64,000 nucleotides of DNA from IMG/VR virus record IMGVR_UViG_3300046542_000335, positions 10,702-74,701 of that record; one strand, 5' to 3'. Positions 18,568 to 27,663 of this stretch are shown piece by piece. The position numbers were made by a program, and so were the translations under genes. Source of the DNA: a virus. Under the pieces are notes generated by a model. It made no database searches and was not told the origin of the DNA. It saw nothing but the letters and a program-made list of their open reading frames with translations. Position 1 is the stretch's first letter. Each line of letters starts with the position of its first letter.

Positions 18568-19179
18568 ATGGCTAAAGAAGTCGTACCAAATCCAGAGCTG
18601 CGCAAGATCGGCTTGGAGTTCTACAAAGGTCCTTTCCGATTCGACCATCTCGGTGGTTACATCTGGGCTAAGGGCGATCCATCCACCCACGGCAGCCAGA
18701 TGTTTGCCGACCTTGATCAGGCTGGTGAGCGTTGTGCTCGTATCCGTGGCTGGGGTGCTCTCCAGTACCTGAAAGGCGTGGACTGCGGTGCACTGCAAGA
18801 TGAAATCGGCGTGATGTTCGCTGAAGCCATCACTGAGTACTGGGATCGGGCAAAGAACACACTGGTCGTCGTACTGCCTGCTCCTGGCACAAAGACGCCT
18901 GAACTCCTACAACTACTCACCTACCTCGACCAGCACCACCAGAACGAGTACAACATCGACGTAGAGGGTGAGATGAAGGGCGGTTGGGAAAACAACACAC
19001 CGACCACGTTCGCTCCAGATATTGACGTTGCCGTACCACGCTGCCATGTCCAACGCTACTGGAAGTTCTGGCTGCATTCGCAGGGCATAGAAGCCTCCCT
19101 GCGAGAAGGTGATATAATCACCCTCCAGCAAGGTCGCTTCTTGATCACCCGTGCAGGCACTCCGGTACAGCAAAACTAA
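18568..19179 (+). CDS. Hypothetical protein
   Basis: GGAG RBS before ATG 18568; 'PFRFD..GGYIW...RIRGWG.LQY' segment. Confidence 0.7.
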   Translation: MAKEVVPNPELRKIGLEFYKGPFRFDHLGGYIWAKGDPSTHGSQMFADLDQAGERCARIRGWGALQYLKGVDCGALQDEIGVMFAEAITEYWDRAKNTLVVVLPAPGTKTPELLQLLTYLDQHHQNEYNIDVEGEMKGGWENNTPTTFAPDIDVAVPRCHVQRYWKFWLHSQGIEASLREGDIITLQQGRFLITRAGTPVQQN

Positions 19180-19218
19180 TACAGCCATACATTATCAAGG
19201 TGTAAGCTATTGATAATG
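19173..19218 (+). promoter_or_regulatory. TACATTAT promoter-like motif overlapping a CATTATCAA/TTGATAATG inverted repeat
   Basis: Core at 19188-19195; arms at 19190-19198 and 19210-19218. Confidence 0.5.
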
Positions 19219-19226
19219 CGGAGGTA

Positions 19227-20066
19227 TTAGAACTTCGGTCGAGCTCCCAAGGCTAGCTTCATCACCTTGCGGTAAGCTTCGGTATCATTCATCAACCCGA
19301 TCCGCTGCCACTTGGTGTTCAGGTATTCCTTGTACATCTGGTTCGCATCTGCGTATTGGTCAACAATCTCGCGGATACGGCCAAGGGATGCACCGCCTTT
19401 GATAGCGCCCTCATCGAGGTCGATTACCAGGGTGTTGTAGATGTAGGCCTTAGTAGCCAACGTCACCAGTTCACCAAACGCGTGGTAGTACACCGGCTTG
19501 ATGTCGTTGAAGTTGAGTTCGTGAGACAACCTGCAACGCAAACCACCATAAGCGATCATCTGGTTAACGTCATTCACCAATACGGTGTTCTGACCTACCA
19601 GCTGACAGTAAGAGGTGGAGGCGGTGTTTACGCCAACAGAGGCGTTGAGGATGTCCCGCGCATTCTTCAGGAGAACGCTACTACGTTGCATGGTCAAGCC
19701 AGACACGTTGTTGCCGTTCAAACCTTGAGTAATGCCGTAGAGTACCTCGTAGACCGCGGTGATACGACGGCCGTTGGTGACATCGCTACCAAACCGGTAG
19801 ATGACGTTCCAAGGGTCGATGTGTTCCACTTCAGCGGCCTGGAGGGGTAGCACCATCTCGGTACCAGACAGCAAGTTGACATCGATAGCCACCCGACCTT
19901 CAACTACGACGGAGCGGATGAGTTCATCGATGGATGCTGCGAAGACGTTGTCCTGGTAACGAACACGTCGTGTGGGGTCATAACGCTTGGGCATGAACGC
20001 TTGCGTCAGCACCGCGCGTGGGACCTCGTTCTTGACATTATTGATGGCGACCGTAACACAGTCCAT
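19227..20066 (-). CDS. Conserved Chimalliviridae protein, possibly virion-associated
   Basis: About 279 aa starting MDCVTVAI; divergent from phuZ. Confidence 0.65.
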   Translation of the reverse strand: MDCVTVAINNVKNEVPRAVLTQAFMPKRYDPTRRVRYQDNVFAASIDELIRSVVVEGRVAIDVNLLSGTEMVLPLQAAEVEHIDPWNVIYRFGSDVTNGRRITAVYEVLYGITQGLNGNNVSGLTMQRSSVLLKNARDILNASVGVNTASTSYCQLVGQNTVLVNDVNQMIAYGGLRCRLSHELNFNDIKPVYYHAFGELVTLATKAYIYNTLVIDLDEGAIKGGASLGRIREIVDQYADANQMYKEYLNTKWQRIGLMNDTEAYRKVMKLALGARPKF

Positions 20067-20127
20067 AATCAAAACCTCTTTCTTGGGATCGACATACGAT
20101 TCCCTCAATTAAATAGTGGAGCTCTAC

Positions 20128-21144
20128 ATGAACGCAGTAAACGAAAGCATCAACGCCGATCTGATCAAGCCTAAAACCCGTTCGATCATGTTCTACGCCT
20201 GCGGCGGCACCGGTATCAACCTGCTGCGCAGCCATCGTGAAGACCTGGTCCTGAACCCTGAAGACCAGAACGCCAACGAGCACTTCGCTTACATCGACAC
20301 CTCGTTCGCCAACCTGCACAACGTCCAGGCCAAAGACACCTTCACTCTGAAGGGTCTGGATGGTTCCGGTTCCAACCGTCCGAAGAACGCCGAAGCGATC
20401 ATGGGCGTCCTGCCACAAATCCTGCTGGCTCACGAGCCGAAGGACATGAACGTGGTTCTGTTCTCCGCATCCGGTGGTTCGGGTTCCGTTGCCGGTCCTC
20501 TGATCATGGAAGAACTGCTGAAGCAGGGCAAGATGGCTGTGGCGATCATCATCGGTTCCCACGAAACCCTGAAGCGTACCACCAACACCATCGGTACCCT
20601 GACTGGCCTGGAACAAGCCGTAGCTCGCGTTGGTCGTCCGGTTGTCATGTTCTACGCCGAAAACAACCCGACCAAATCGATCCTGGACAACAACCTGGTG
20701 CCGAAGTTCGTCCTGGGTTCGCTGGGCATGTTGGGTTCGGGCCGTAACAAGGCTCTGGACAGCGCTGACATCCAGAACATGTTCGACTTCCACCTGGTGT
20801 CGCACAACAAGCCAGGTCTGGCCATGCTGGACGTCTTCACCAAATCCGAAGACCTGGCAAAATCCTCGGCCCGTCCGATTGCCTACATCTCGCTGTTGAC
20901 CGGTGAAGATCAGGTTGGTCCTCAGGTCGATGCCGACTACGACAAGACTGGCTACCTGCCGGGTGATGCCGGCAGCAAGAACAATTTCTTCTACACCGTT
21001 TCGGTGGATCACTTGTCCGGCCTGTTCGAGCGCCTGAACAAGCTGAAGAGCACCATTGCCTTGCAGAAGCAAAACCAGCAGGCCACCACCAAGCTGAGCG
21101 ACGCTAGCACCGTCACCCACGCCACCGGTCTGGTCTTCGAGTGA
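20128..21144 (+). CDS. phuZ: Phage tubulin PhuZ
   Basis: Tubulin/FtsZ motifs 'ACGGTGIN', 'YIDTS' and signature 'SASGGSGS'; short PhuZ-like tail; jumbo phage context. Confidence 0.93.
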   Translation: MNAVNESINADLIKPKTRSIMFYACGGTGINLLRSHREDLVLNPEDQNANEHFAYIDTSFANLHNVQAKDTFTLKGLDGSGSNRPKNAEAIMGVLPQILLAHEPKDMNVVLFSASGGSGSVAGPLIMEELLKQGKMAVAIIIGSHETLKRTTNTIGTLTGLEQAVARVGRPVVMFYAENNPTKSILDNNLVPKFVLGSLGMLGSGRNKALDSADIQNMFDFHLVSHNKPGLAMLDVFTKSEDLAKSSARPIAYISLLTGEDQVGPQVDADYDKTGYLPGDAGSKNNFFYTVSVDHLSGLFERLNKLKSTIALQKQNQQATTKLSDASTVTHATGLVFE

Positions 21145-21213
21145 TCTAAACACATCGGTACCTGGTAACCCCAGGTACCTTTGTGCCGTTAACACTAATA
21201 AAGGAACAACTCC

Positions 21214-21435
21214 ATGTCTTACGGCGTCTCCATGTTCGTTTGCGAAAGCTGCAACACCATCGACTCTCTCCAACTGACTCCGTCCAATGGCGACGGCTTC
21301 AAATGCCACCAGTGCCGTCACGGCGGTTGGCATGGCGCATTCTCGCAAGAACAGTACGATCCGTTGAAACACCGCGGCCTGCTGAACAAGTCTGATCCCT
21401 CCTTCGAAGACCTGGGCGATCCCTCCTTCTCGTAA
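21214..21435 (+). CDS. Small zinc-ribbon protein
   Basis: CESC...CHQC; AAGGA RBS. Confidence 0.65.
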   Translation: MSYGVSMFVCESCNTIDSLQLTPSNGDGFKCHQCRHGGWHGAFSQEQYDPLKHRGLLNKSDPSFEDLGDPSFS

Positions 21436-21450
21436 GCAGATTACCCCCTC

Positions 21451-21499
21451 CGGCTAGCGTTCGGTCTAAAACCCATATCGCGCTAGCCGAGTGTAACGA
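21451..21499. repeat. Inverted repeat CGGCTAGCG/CGCTAGCCG plus a second GAGTGTAACGA copy
   Basis: Arms at 21451-21459 and 21481-21489; 11-mer identical to 17759-17769. Confidence 0.55.
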
Positions 21500-21580
21500 T
21501 CGCAGCGTAGAGAAGCTCTCAGGCACCTTCCTGTGTATTTAGTTACAGAATCTACTTATCTAATGTATAAAGGGGGATCT

Positions 21581-21934
21581 ATGGCTTACATCATCACTGA
21601 CATATCTGAGCTCATCAGGATGGTCGACCCCGAACGCACATTGCACCCATCCGTTCTTGAGGACTGGCTGGTCAGGGAGTACACCCACTCCTACGGCATC
21701 CCATGTACTCAAATGACGCCGTGGCCACAAAGGTCTATCGACGAAGACACAATAAGACTGGATAGAGCAATACAGCGGTTTGCGCTGGACGCGACTACCT
21801 TCTTACCTGTTACTGTCGGAGGACGACTTTGCGATGAAGAACTCTGGTTCCTGGTCAACCGCAATACCTTGATCATTGGAGATTTCCGTGACGTCAGACA
21901 GTGTTACAGGCTCATTCGTACTAGACTTCGGTGA
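21581..21934 (+). CDS. Small array gene 1 (hypothetical)
   Basis: AGGGGG RBS; begins MAYIITDISEL. Confidence 0.7.
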   Translation: MAYIITDISELIRMVDPERTLHPSVLEDWLVREYTHSYGIPCTQMTPWPQRSIDEDTIRLDRAIQRFALDATTFLPVTVGGRLCDEELWFLVNRNTLIIGDFRDVRQCYRLIRTRLR

Positions 21935-22418
21935 GCTTGCCAATCAAATCTACCAATCAGCCCTTCGCTACGAGGAGAAAGGATCGCGGCACTTGCAGAA
22001 TGATGCGTCAGATTTGGTTTACGACATGATTGACGACTTCATTACCGAGCAGCTGTACTGGGCTCGTCCTCTGCAACGCCGTCCATCGGCAGACGCGAGG
22101 GATCTGTTGCGTCATGAACGCGTCGACAGACGTAGGAACCGTCGGGATGAGTTTTACCCGCAACAGCCCTACGAAGGCACCAATCTGCGCGTGAAGTACA
22201 AACACCTGTTGAGGAACATCCCCAATCCTGGAGAACTCCTTGACCGTATATCCGATCGAATGGCAGAAATGGTCTACGATCATATCGACCTCCCGACCTG
22301 GCGCATCGTTCACCTCACTCGTCACCGCAATGGCGTACTGGTGGAGATCGGTGAAGATTATCGGGTTGAGCAGTGGATGAAAGAGCATGGCCACGAATAC
22401 GGCTTCAGAGTCGACTAA
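21888..22418 (+). CDS. Small array gene 2 (hypothetical)
   Basis: GTG start after GGAGA; overlaps both neighbours. Confidence 0.65.
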   Translation: MTSDSVTGSFVLDFGELANQIYQSALRYEEKGSRHLQNDASDLVYDMIDDFITEQLYWARPLQRRPSADARDLLRHERVDRRRNRRDEFYPQQPYEGTNLRVKYKHLLRNIPNPGELLDRISDRMAEMVYDHIDLPTWRIVHLTRHRNGVLVEIGEDYRVEQWMKEHGHEYGFRVD

Positions 22419-22929
22419 GGTTGTTCGTTACTGCCGAATAGGCTGTAGTGAATTTATCCGACAAATGCGTAATGTGTTGGAATCCTCCCGCATGGACCTG
22501 TTTAAGGTTCAAAAGGCAGCAGAGGATATCCTGGTGGAAACCTTTATCCGGTGCTTCAGCGGACAGGGGAGTACCATCCTGGACATCCTGGAAGACTTAC
22601 GGCCTCACCGCGTTGACCGCAGGGATATGATCAACGTCCTCATTGAGTTTGAGGACTTCGTTTATAAGGACAAGACCCTGAGTGACATGCGGCGTTTCAC
22701 CGTAGTGGATGCGAAGTTCATCTACGACACGCCGTTATTGGAAGTCGAGTATCATGAAACAGTACCTAAGGAGGAGACACAGTCGTTTAGTCGATTTATC
22801 CGACAAAGGCGACAGGCTGGAGACCTCATCCACCCCGCGATCGAGAAGGCACTCGAGGAATTCAATCGAGAGCTGGACCATAGTTCCACCGTACACCGGC
22901 AAGGCCGAATATCGCCACGTCGTCGTTGA
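22387..22929 (+). CDS. Small array gene 3 (hypothetical)
   Basis: 180-aa ORF in the overlapping chain. Confidence 0.65.
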   Translation: MATNTASESTKVVRYCRIGCSEFIRQMRNVLESSRMDLFKVQKAAEDILVETFIRCFSGQGSTILDILEDLRPHRVDRRDMINVLIEFEDFVYKDKTLSDMRRFTVVDAKFIYDTPLLEVEYHETVPKEETQSFSRFIRQRRQAGDLIHPAIEKALEEFNRELDHSSTVHRQGRISPRRR

Positions 22930-23248
22930 CCTGGAAGATATAGAGTTCCAATCCCTGGAGCAGGATCTGTGTGCTGAGGCTGATGTTATCCTCAAAGCGT
23001 TTATCCACTATATCTGCTACGATGACGATTTCTTTCTAGCCCGTCTGACGGATGAGTTCTTACCGCCTGACGATATAGGGAGAGCGGCCATGGCGATAGA
23101 TGTTTGGTTTTCCATACACCTGGATAAGTTCCGGGACGTCTTTGCTGTTGTGAAGCGGTTTGCCCCAATGAGGGTGAATAATGTCGAAATCAAACAAAGG
23201 TCGGTACTCCTCGAGCTTACTTACGAGGACTTCATCGATGCCACCTAG
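22754..23248 (+). CDS. Small array gene 4 (hypothetical; true start uncertain, possibly near 22865-22880)
   Basis: Protein-like part begins around 'HVVVDLEDI'; the nearest in-frame ATG gives a long overlap with gene 3. Confidence 0.55.
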   Translation: MKQYLRRRHSRLVDLSDKGDRLETSSTPRSRRHSRNSIESWTIVPPYTGKAEYRHVVVDLEDIEFQSLEQDLCAEADVILKAFIHYICYDDDFFLARLTDEFLPPDDIGRAAMAIDVWFSIHLDKFRDVFAVVKRFAPMRVNNVEIKQRSVLLELTYEDFIDAT

Positions 23249-23642
23249 CGTAGATTTGTACCCAGGATTCGTCCTGACGTTGGATCCTGATCTGTCAGGG
23301 GCTCTCAATGCCTTGGGAGAACAGGTGGACTACGACAATGGGAAGGAGCTGCCATGCGTCCTGCTGTCGATCATGCTGTTTGGGTTGGTAGCACCGCACG
23401 ATGAGGTGATGCGTGCTTTCGAAAGATTGTCCGTACATTACAAGAATCCCCAGAGTGAAGACTACTCAGAGTTCTGGGGCGGGTTCCAAGCAACGTTCTA
23501 TGTGTTCAAGCGTCGGTACATACACGACGAAGATCTCAAGAACATGATTCATGACGTCCTTCCGCGTGACTGCGATTATTGCGAGGAGGGTTTACTCCGC
23601 GTCAAGTCCAGTCGGTCAGGGAGACATTTCTTTATAAGCTGA
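23238..23642 (+). CDS. Small array gene 5 (hypothetical)
   Basis: GAGGA RBS before ATG 23238. Confidence 0.65.
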   Translation: MPPSVDLYPGFVLTLDPDLSGALNALGEQVDYDNGKELPCVLLSIMLFGLVAPHDEVMRAFERLSVHYKNPQSEDYSEFWGGFQATFYVFKRRYIHDEDLKNMIHDVLPRDCDYCEEGLLRVKSSRSGRHFFIS

Positions 23643-23650
23643 GGCCAGCT

Positions 23651-23989
23651 ATGCAAGTAGAACGTTACGTACTTGAGTTGCCAGAGTTTCCGGTCATGAA
23701 GCGAGACGCTGCTGAGCGTATCGTGAAAGAGGTCATCACCATGACGGCTGAAGCCAACGTGGGACTGGACCGTGAGGTATTGGGGAGTATCAGTCGGGAA
23801 CACGAGGTGACGCTGCACGATGTGGAGTTGTACATCAACCGTCTACTGACGATCCTGTACAACACCAAGATCTTCAGCTCCGTCTTGAATGTGAGTCATC
23901 CATTGTCGAACGTCGACGTAGAGGTTGCTCACCGCCAAGCTTTTGTGGAGATCGCATGGAATGACAGGGCTAACAAGAACCACCCGTGA
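23651..23989 (+). CDS. Small array gene 6 (hypothetical)
   Basis: GAGG RBS before ATG 23651. Confidence 0.65.
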   Translation: MQVERYVLELPEFPVMKRDAAERIVKEVITMTAEANVGLDREVLGSISREHEVTLHDVELYINRLLTILYNTKIFSSVLNVSHPLSNVDVEVAHRQAFVEIAWNDRANKNHP

Positions 23990-24335
23990 GTTGGTGTTGA
24001 TCCATGATTACGGCCTGAGGGATTTCGTATCCCTTCAGGATGTCCAGCACACGCTGGGTAAGTTGAGCGTCATGTTCCAGAAGGATATAGAAGGAGACGT
24101 ATCGGACAAGCCCTACTCGCTGGGGCTTTATCTGGGGTGGGATAACCTGGATCTCCTGTCCGTGCACCTCGGTCCGTATTCCCAGGAACAGAAGTTGTTT
24201 CGTATCCTGTGCGATCACTTATATGGCGTTTACTCACTTGGTTCAATTTACACGCTCCAGGCGACCCAGTTCAAGCGAGCGGGGCCATTTCTATTACTGT
24301 CAGTTGATACGAGGTGGAAAATTGGCCACTGGTGA
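23961..24335 (+). CDS. Small array gene 7 (hypothetical)
   Basis: GGAG RBS before ATG 23961. Confidence 0.6.
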   Translation: MTGLTRTTRELVLIHDYGLRDFVSLQDVQHTLGKLSVMFQKDIEGDVSDKPYSLGLYLGWDNLDLLSVHLGPYSQEQKLFRILCDHLYGVYSLGSIYTLQATQFKRAGPFLLLSVDTRWKIGHW

Positions 24336-24699
24336 CATTGACTTCTGTGTAGTCGATATCACTGAGCCGACCCGAGCACTCATTCGGTATCTGGATGGGA
24401 GGTTAGACGAGTTGAACTATCGTCCTGACCTGGTCATCCAGAAACAAGCCGTCTGGGGACGGCGAATGTCCAATGGTGCTAACCGCGAGAAACTCGCTCG
24501 GGAACTGCGAAGTGATGAGGTGTTTAAATCATTGGGAGCTGCTGAAGTAGCCGCCGATTACTTATTGGATGAGTACTACCCTGCGCTCGAGAGTATCTTC
24601 AGACACGTTGGTCTGCATGCAGCCGCCGTACATCTTGTGCGATTAACCATTTCCAATTCACGTCAAATCCATGCCAGAGTTTTGGTGGCCTGTATCTGA
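24322..24699 (+). CDS. Small array gene 8 (hypothetical)
   Basis: GAGG RBS before TTG 24322. Confidence 0.6.
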   Translation: MATGDIDFCVVDITEPTRALIRYLDGRLDELNYRPDLVIQKQAVWGRRMSNGANREKLARELRSDEVFKSLGAAEVAADYLLDEYYPALESIFRHVGLHAAAVHLVRLTISNSRQIHARVLVACI

Positions 24700-24719
24700 C
24701 GTACCCCTGGACCACTGCC

Positions 24720-25079
24720 ATGAGCTACTACATACTGGGACATTCCCCGAAACTAGGATCGATGTTAACCACGCTGGTCTGGGACCTCGTGCGGAATGAC
24801 CCTGTTCTCGGGGAGGTTCCGCGGAGACTCTCCAAGAAATCAGTAGCTTTCAAGGAGTGCTGGGATTTCGTTCTCGAAAGCCTGGTCCAAGGTGAAGGTT
24901 ATCTTGACAGCCTGGGTATTGACCTGGATCCACTCTGGGACAACATCGACCACGACGAGTTGGAATCAGTCCTGTCCGTAGGACTGGTACACAAACTCGA
25001 GATGGTTGAACACGGTTACTTCAGCGCCCTGTTAATGGAGACACCTTTAAATGCAGTTGAATTCCGATGCACTCAATAA
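24720..25079 (+). CDS. Small array gene 9 (hypothetical)
   Basis: 119-aa ORF in the chain. Confidence 0.6.
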   Translation: MSYYILGHSPKLGSMLTTLVWDLVRNDPVLGEVPRRLSKKSVAFKECWDFVLESLVQGEGYLDSLGIDLDPLWDNIDHDELESVLSVGLVHKLEMVEHGYFSALLMETPLNAVEFRCTQ

Positions 25080-25443
25080 GACGATTACCTTCGACACGTA
25101 CGAAGGTGTTCGTTACAAGAACTTGCGCTTCGTGGCCATCCTGGATGCCGCCACTGTAACAGCCCTGGGCTTCGATGCTCCGGCGAAGCACATGCAGAAC
25201 TACCCTTACCTCCCACCAGGGGTATCGGACTCGTACACGGGCTACAGCTACGCCAAGCTGATCAATGCCAATAACGAGACCATCTACATGGGCGTTCCTT
25301 GGGTCAAGCCTTCCTCCATCACGGAGAATGCCAACCCGGTGCGACTGATCACCCTCCGCAACTCTGACGATAATACGTTGGCGTCCCTGCGGTCGATGAT
25401 GATCGCCCATGGCATTGAAGACTTCACCATCGAAACAAAGTGA
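25051..25443 (+). CDS. Conserved protein upstream of DNA polymerase (phiKZ gp49-like)
   Basis: 'H...YPYLPPG....Y..Y.Y...YMGVPWV' pattern; synteny. Confidence 0.7.
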   Translation: MQLNSDALNKTITFDTYEGVRYKNLRFVAILDAATVTALGFDAPAKHMQNYPYLPPGVSDSYTGYSYAKLINANNETIYMGVPWVKPSSITENANPVRLITLRNSDDNTLASLRSMMIAHGIEDFTIETK

Positions 25444-25495
25444 CATATAGCCCACCTGCCTGACGGCGGGTGGGTTTGTGCCCTTTCTTTTTTTA
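25443..25495 (+). terminator. Intrinsic terminator
   Basis: GCCCACCTGCC/GGCGGGTGGGT stem plus T run. Confidence 0.7.
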
Positions 25496-25542
25496 CTAGG
25501 CGTACTTACGTAATGTAGAGCAATGTACCCCTGGAGCAATAG

Positions 25543-27663
25543 ATGAACCCATTTCTTCTTCCCCTCGACGAATATAACCGCAATCTGGATGTCCGTCAGG
25601 GCTACATCGAACAAACTGCCAAGTACATCTCGTTGCAATTAAAGAAGCCGCTGTCCGAGTGTCTCGACTACGTCAAGAAAGAGACCCGTCGCGGTGGTAA
25701 GTTCGAGTTCAAAGATCCACAAATGCTACAACTGGTCCGTAAAGGTCCGGGTCACCGTGAACCGGAAGAGACCACCTTCCTGGGTTACGTGAACGAGGTG
25801 ATCGATACCAACCGTATCCTTTCCCCGTCCATGGTGATCTACGAGCGTCCTGAGGTTGAGAAGTCCGTAACCGCCGAATGGCAGGACGACAACATCGCCG
25901 CTCGTAAGCGCTCCAAGAAGCGCATGTTCGTCTTGAAGCAAGAAGGGGACGTACTGGGCAGTCAACTGGCCGACTATGACCAAAACGCCCGTAAGATCCG
26001 AATCAACTCCGTGTCCGGTATGCGTGGCTTTGAGGGTAACCCTCTGTTCATCGCCACTGGCCACTCCAGCCTGACATCTCTGTGCCGTGCAGCAGCAGGT
26101 TACGGTAACGCTACGGTAGAGCGTTTCCTGGCTGGTTCCCGTCATTACCACACGCCAGAGATCGCCAAGGCCAACATCGTGGCAGTCTGCACCATCGAGA
26201 AGCGCGCAGCGTTTGCTGACGTGATCGATAAGTACGGGATCAACTACCCAACCGTAGACCAAGTCTGCAAGATGATCTCCCGTTCGACTGACCTCTACTG
26301 GAGCGACGTCACCGAAGATGCCATCATCCGTTCGGCGGTAGAAGGCATGACCGCTCTGGAACGTGCGATCTTCTGTTACTCCGGCGACATGTACCACTTG
26401 GCTCAGTACAACGACCAAGTGATCCGTGACATGCTGACCACTCTGATCGCAATCGACATCAGCGACGTTCCTGACGTTGTAACTGACGACGTGATCAAAG
26501 GCATGGATCCTACTGACCTGGCCTATGTGAACGCCCTGTGCGCTACAGTGCTGCGTGGGTCGACTTACGACCGGGTTAAGGCAAACGATCCAGTGGGTTG
26601 GCAAACGATCGGTAAGGTGGCGTGGAAGGTCCAGCAGGGTCTGAATCACTACGCTGACTTCATCACTATGTTCTTTGCGACTTCCCACCTCCCACCAACC
26701 GTAGCCTCGTTGAAATCCATTCAGCGCCGGGTATGTTTGGCAGCGGATACCGACTCCTCCATCTTTACCTGCGAAGGTTGGGTTGAATGGTACTCGGGTA
26801 ACCTGATGCGTGGGGAAGAACAGGACCGTATCTGGTACCTGGCTACTTACATGGTCTGCCAGTGCATCGCTCACTCGTTGGCTAAGCTGTCCACCAACAT
26901 TGGCGTTGAGAAGTCCCAGACCTTCCGTCTGGCAATGAAGAACGAGTACGCGTTCCCTCAGTTCGCATTGACGAATCTGGCGAAGCACTACTACTCCACC
27001 ATGTCCATGCGGGAAGGTAACGTCTATAAAGAGCTGGAGATGGAGACCAAGGGCGTGGAGCTGCGTGGTTCGACTTCGCAGAAGCACATCCTGAAAGCCA
27101 CTGCGGACTTGATGGAATCGACCCTCCATGCGGTGAACGAAGGCAAGAAGCTCAATGCCGGCGATACACTGAAACTGGTGGCGAACTCTGAGCTGGAATG
27201 CGTCCGGTCTATCCTGCGGGGTGAGTACACCTTCCTGAAGTCGGACAACATCAAGCCAGACAGTAAGAAGATGCCTTACCATGAACTGTGGCAAGACGTG
27301 TTCGGTCCGAAGTACGGCAAGATGACTGAGCCTCCGTACGCTTGCGTGAAGCTGTCCCTCGACCTGAGCAACCAAACAGCCCTCAAGGCTTGGCTGGCTG
27401 ACCTGGAAGACCGGGAGTTCGCTGAACGGATGGCGCTGTGGTGCTCCCGTTACAACCGCAAAGACCTGAACACCATCCTGTTGCCGACTCAGGCGATCCG
27501 TAGCTGTGGTCTGCCGATTGAGATCCAACAGGCAGCCAACATCCGCAAACTGGCCTACCAGATCAACTCCGGCTTCTACCGGATCCTGGAATCCATGGGC
27601 CTGTTCATTGTGGACAGAAACAACCTGCGTCTGGTGTACGACTTCTTGGGGCTTGAGCCATGA
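25543..27663 (+). CDS. Split family-B DNA polymerase, polymerase-domain subunit (phiKZ gp50-like)
   Basis: Motif B 'Q.ARKIRINSVSG', motif C 'ADTDS', 'KHYY', 'TKGVEL'. Confidence 0.88.
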   Translation: MNPFLLPLDEYNRNLDVRQGYIEQTAKYISLQLKKPLSECLDYVKKETRRGGKFEFKDPQMLQLVRKGPGHREPEETTFLGYVNEVIDTNRILSPSMVIYERPEVEKSVTAEWQDDNIAARKRSKKRMFVLKQEGDVLGSQLADYDQNARKIRINSVSGMRGFEGNPLFIATGHSSLTSLCRAAAGYGNATVERFLAGSRHYHTPEIAKANIVAVCTIEKRAAFADVIDKYGINYPTVDQVCKMISRSTDLYWSDVTEDAIIRSAVEGMTALERAIFCYSGDMYHLAQYNDQVIRDMLTTLIAIDISDVPDVVTDDVIKGMDPTDLAYVNALCATVLRGSTYDRVKANDPVGWQTIGKVAWKVQQGLNHYADFITMFFATSHLPPTVASLKSIQRRVCLAADTDSSIFTCEGWVEWYSGNLMRGEEQDRIWYLATYMVCQCIAHSLAKLSTNIGVEKSQTFRLAMKNEYAFPQFALTNLAKHYYSTMSMREGNVYKELEMETKGVELRGSTSQKHILKATADLMESTLHAVNEGKKLNAGDTLKLVANSELECVRSILRGEYTFLKSDNIKPDSKKMPYHELWQDVFGPKYGKMTEPPYACVKLSLDLSNQTALKAWLADLEDREFAERMALWCSRYNRKDLNTILLPTQAIRSCGLPIEIQQAANIRKLAYQINSGFYRILESMGLFIVDRNNLRLVYDFLGLEP

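Noticed and set aside
20128-21144. Possible host ftsZ
   Set aside because: No dcw cluster context, no FtsZ C-terminal core peptide, and all neighbours are phage genes; PhuZ fits better.
11168-27663. Inteins or homing endonucleases in the terminase and polymerase genes
   Set aside because: No intein splice-junction or LAGLIDADG/HNH motifs seen, and lengths are normal for the family.
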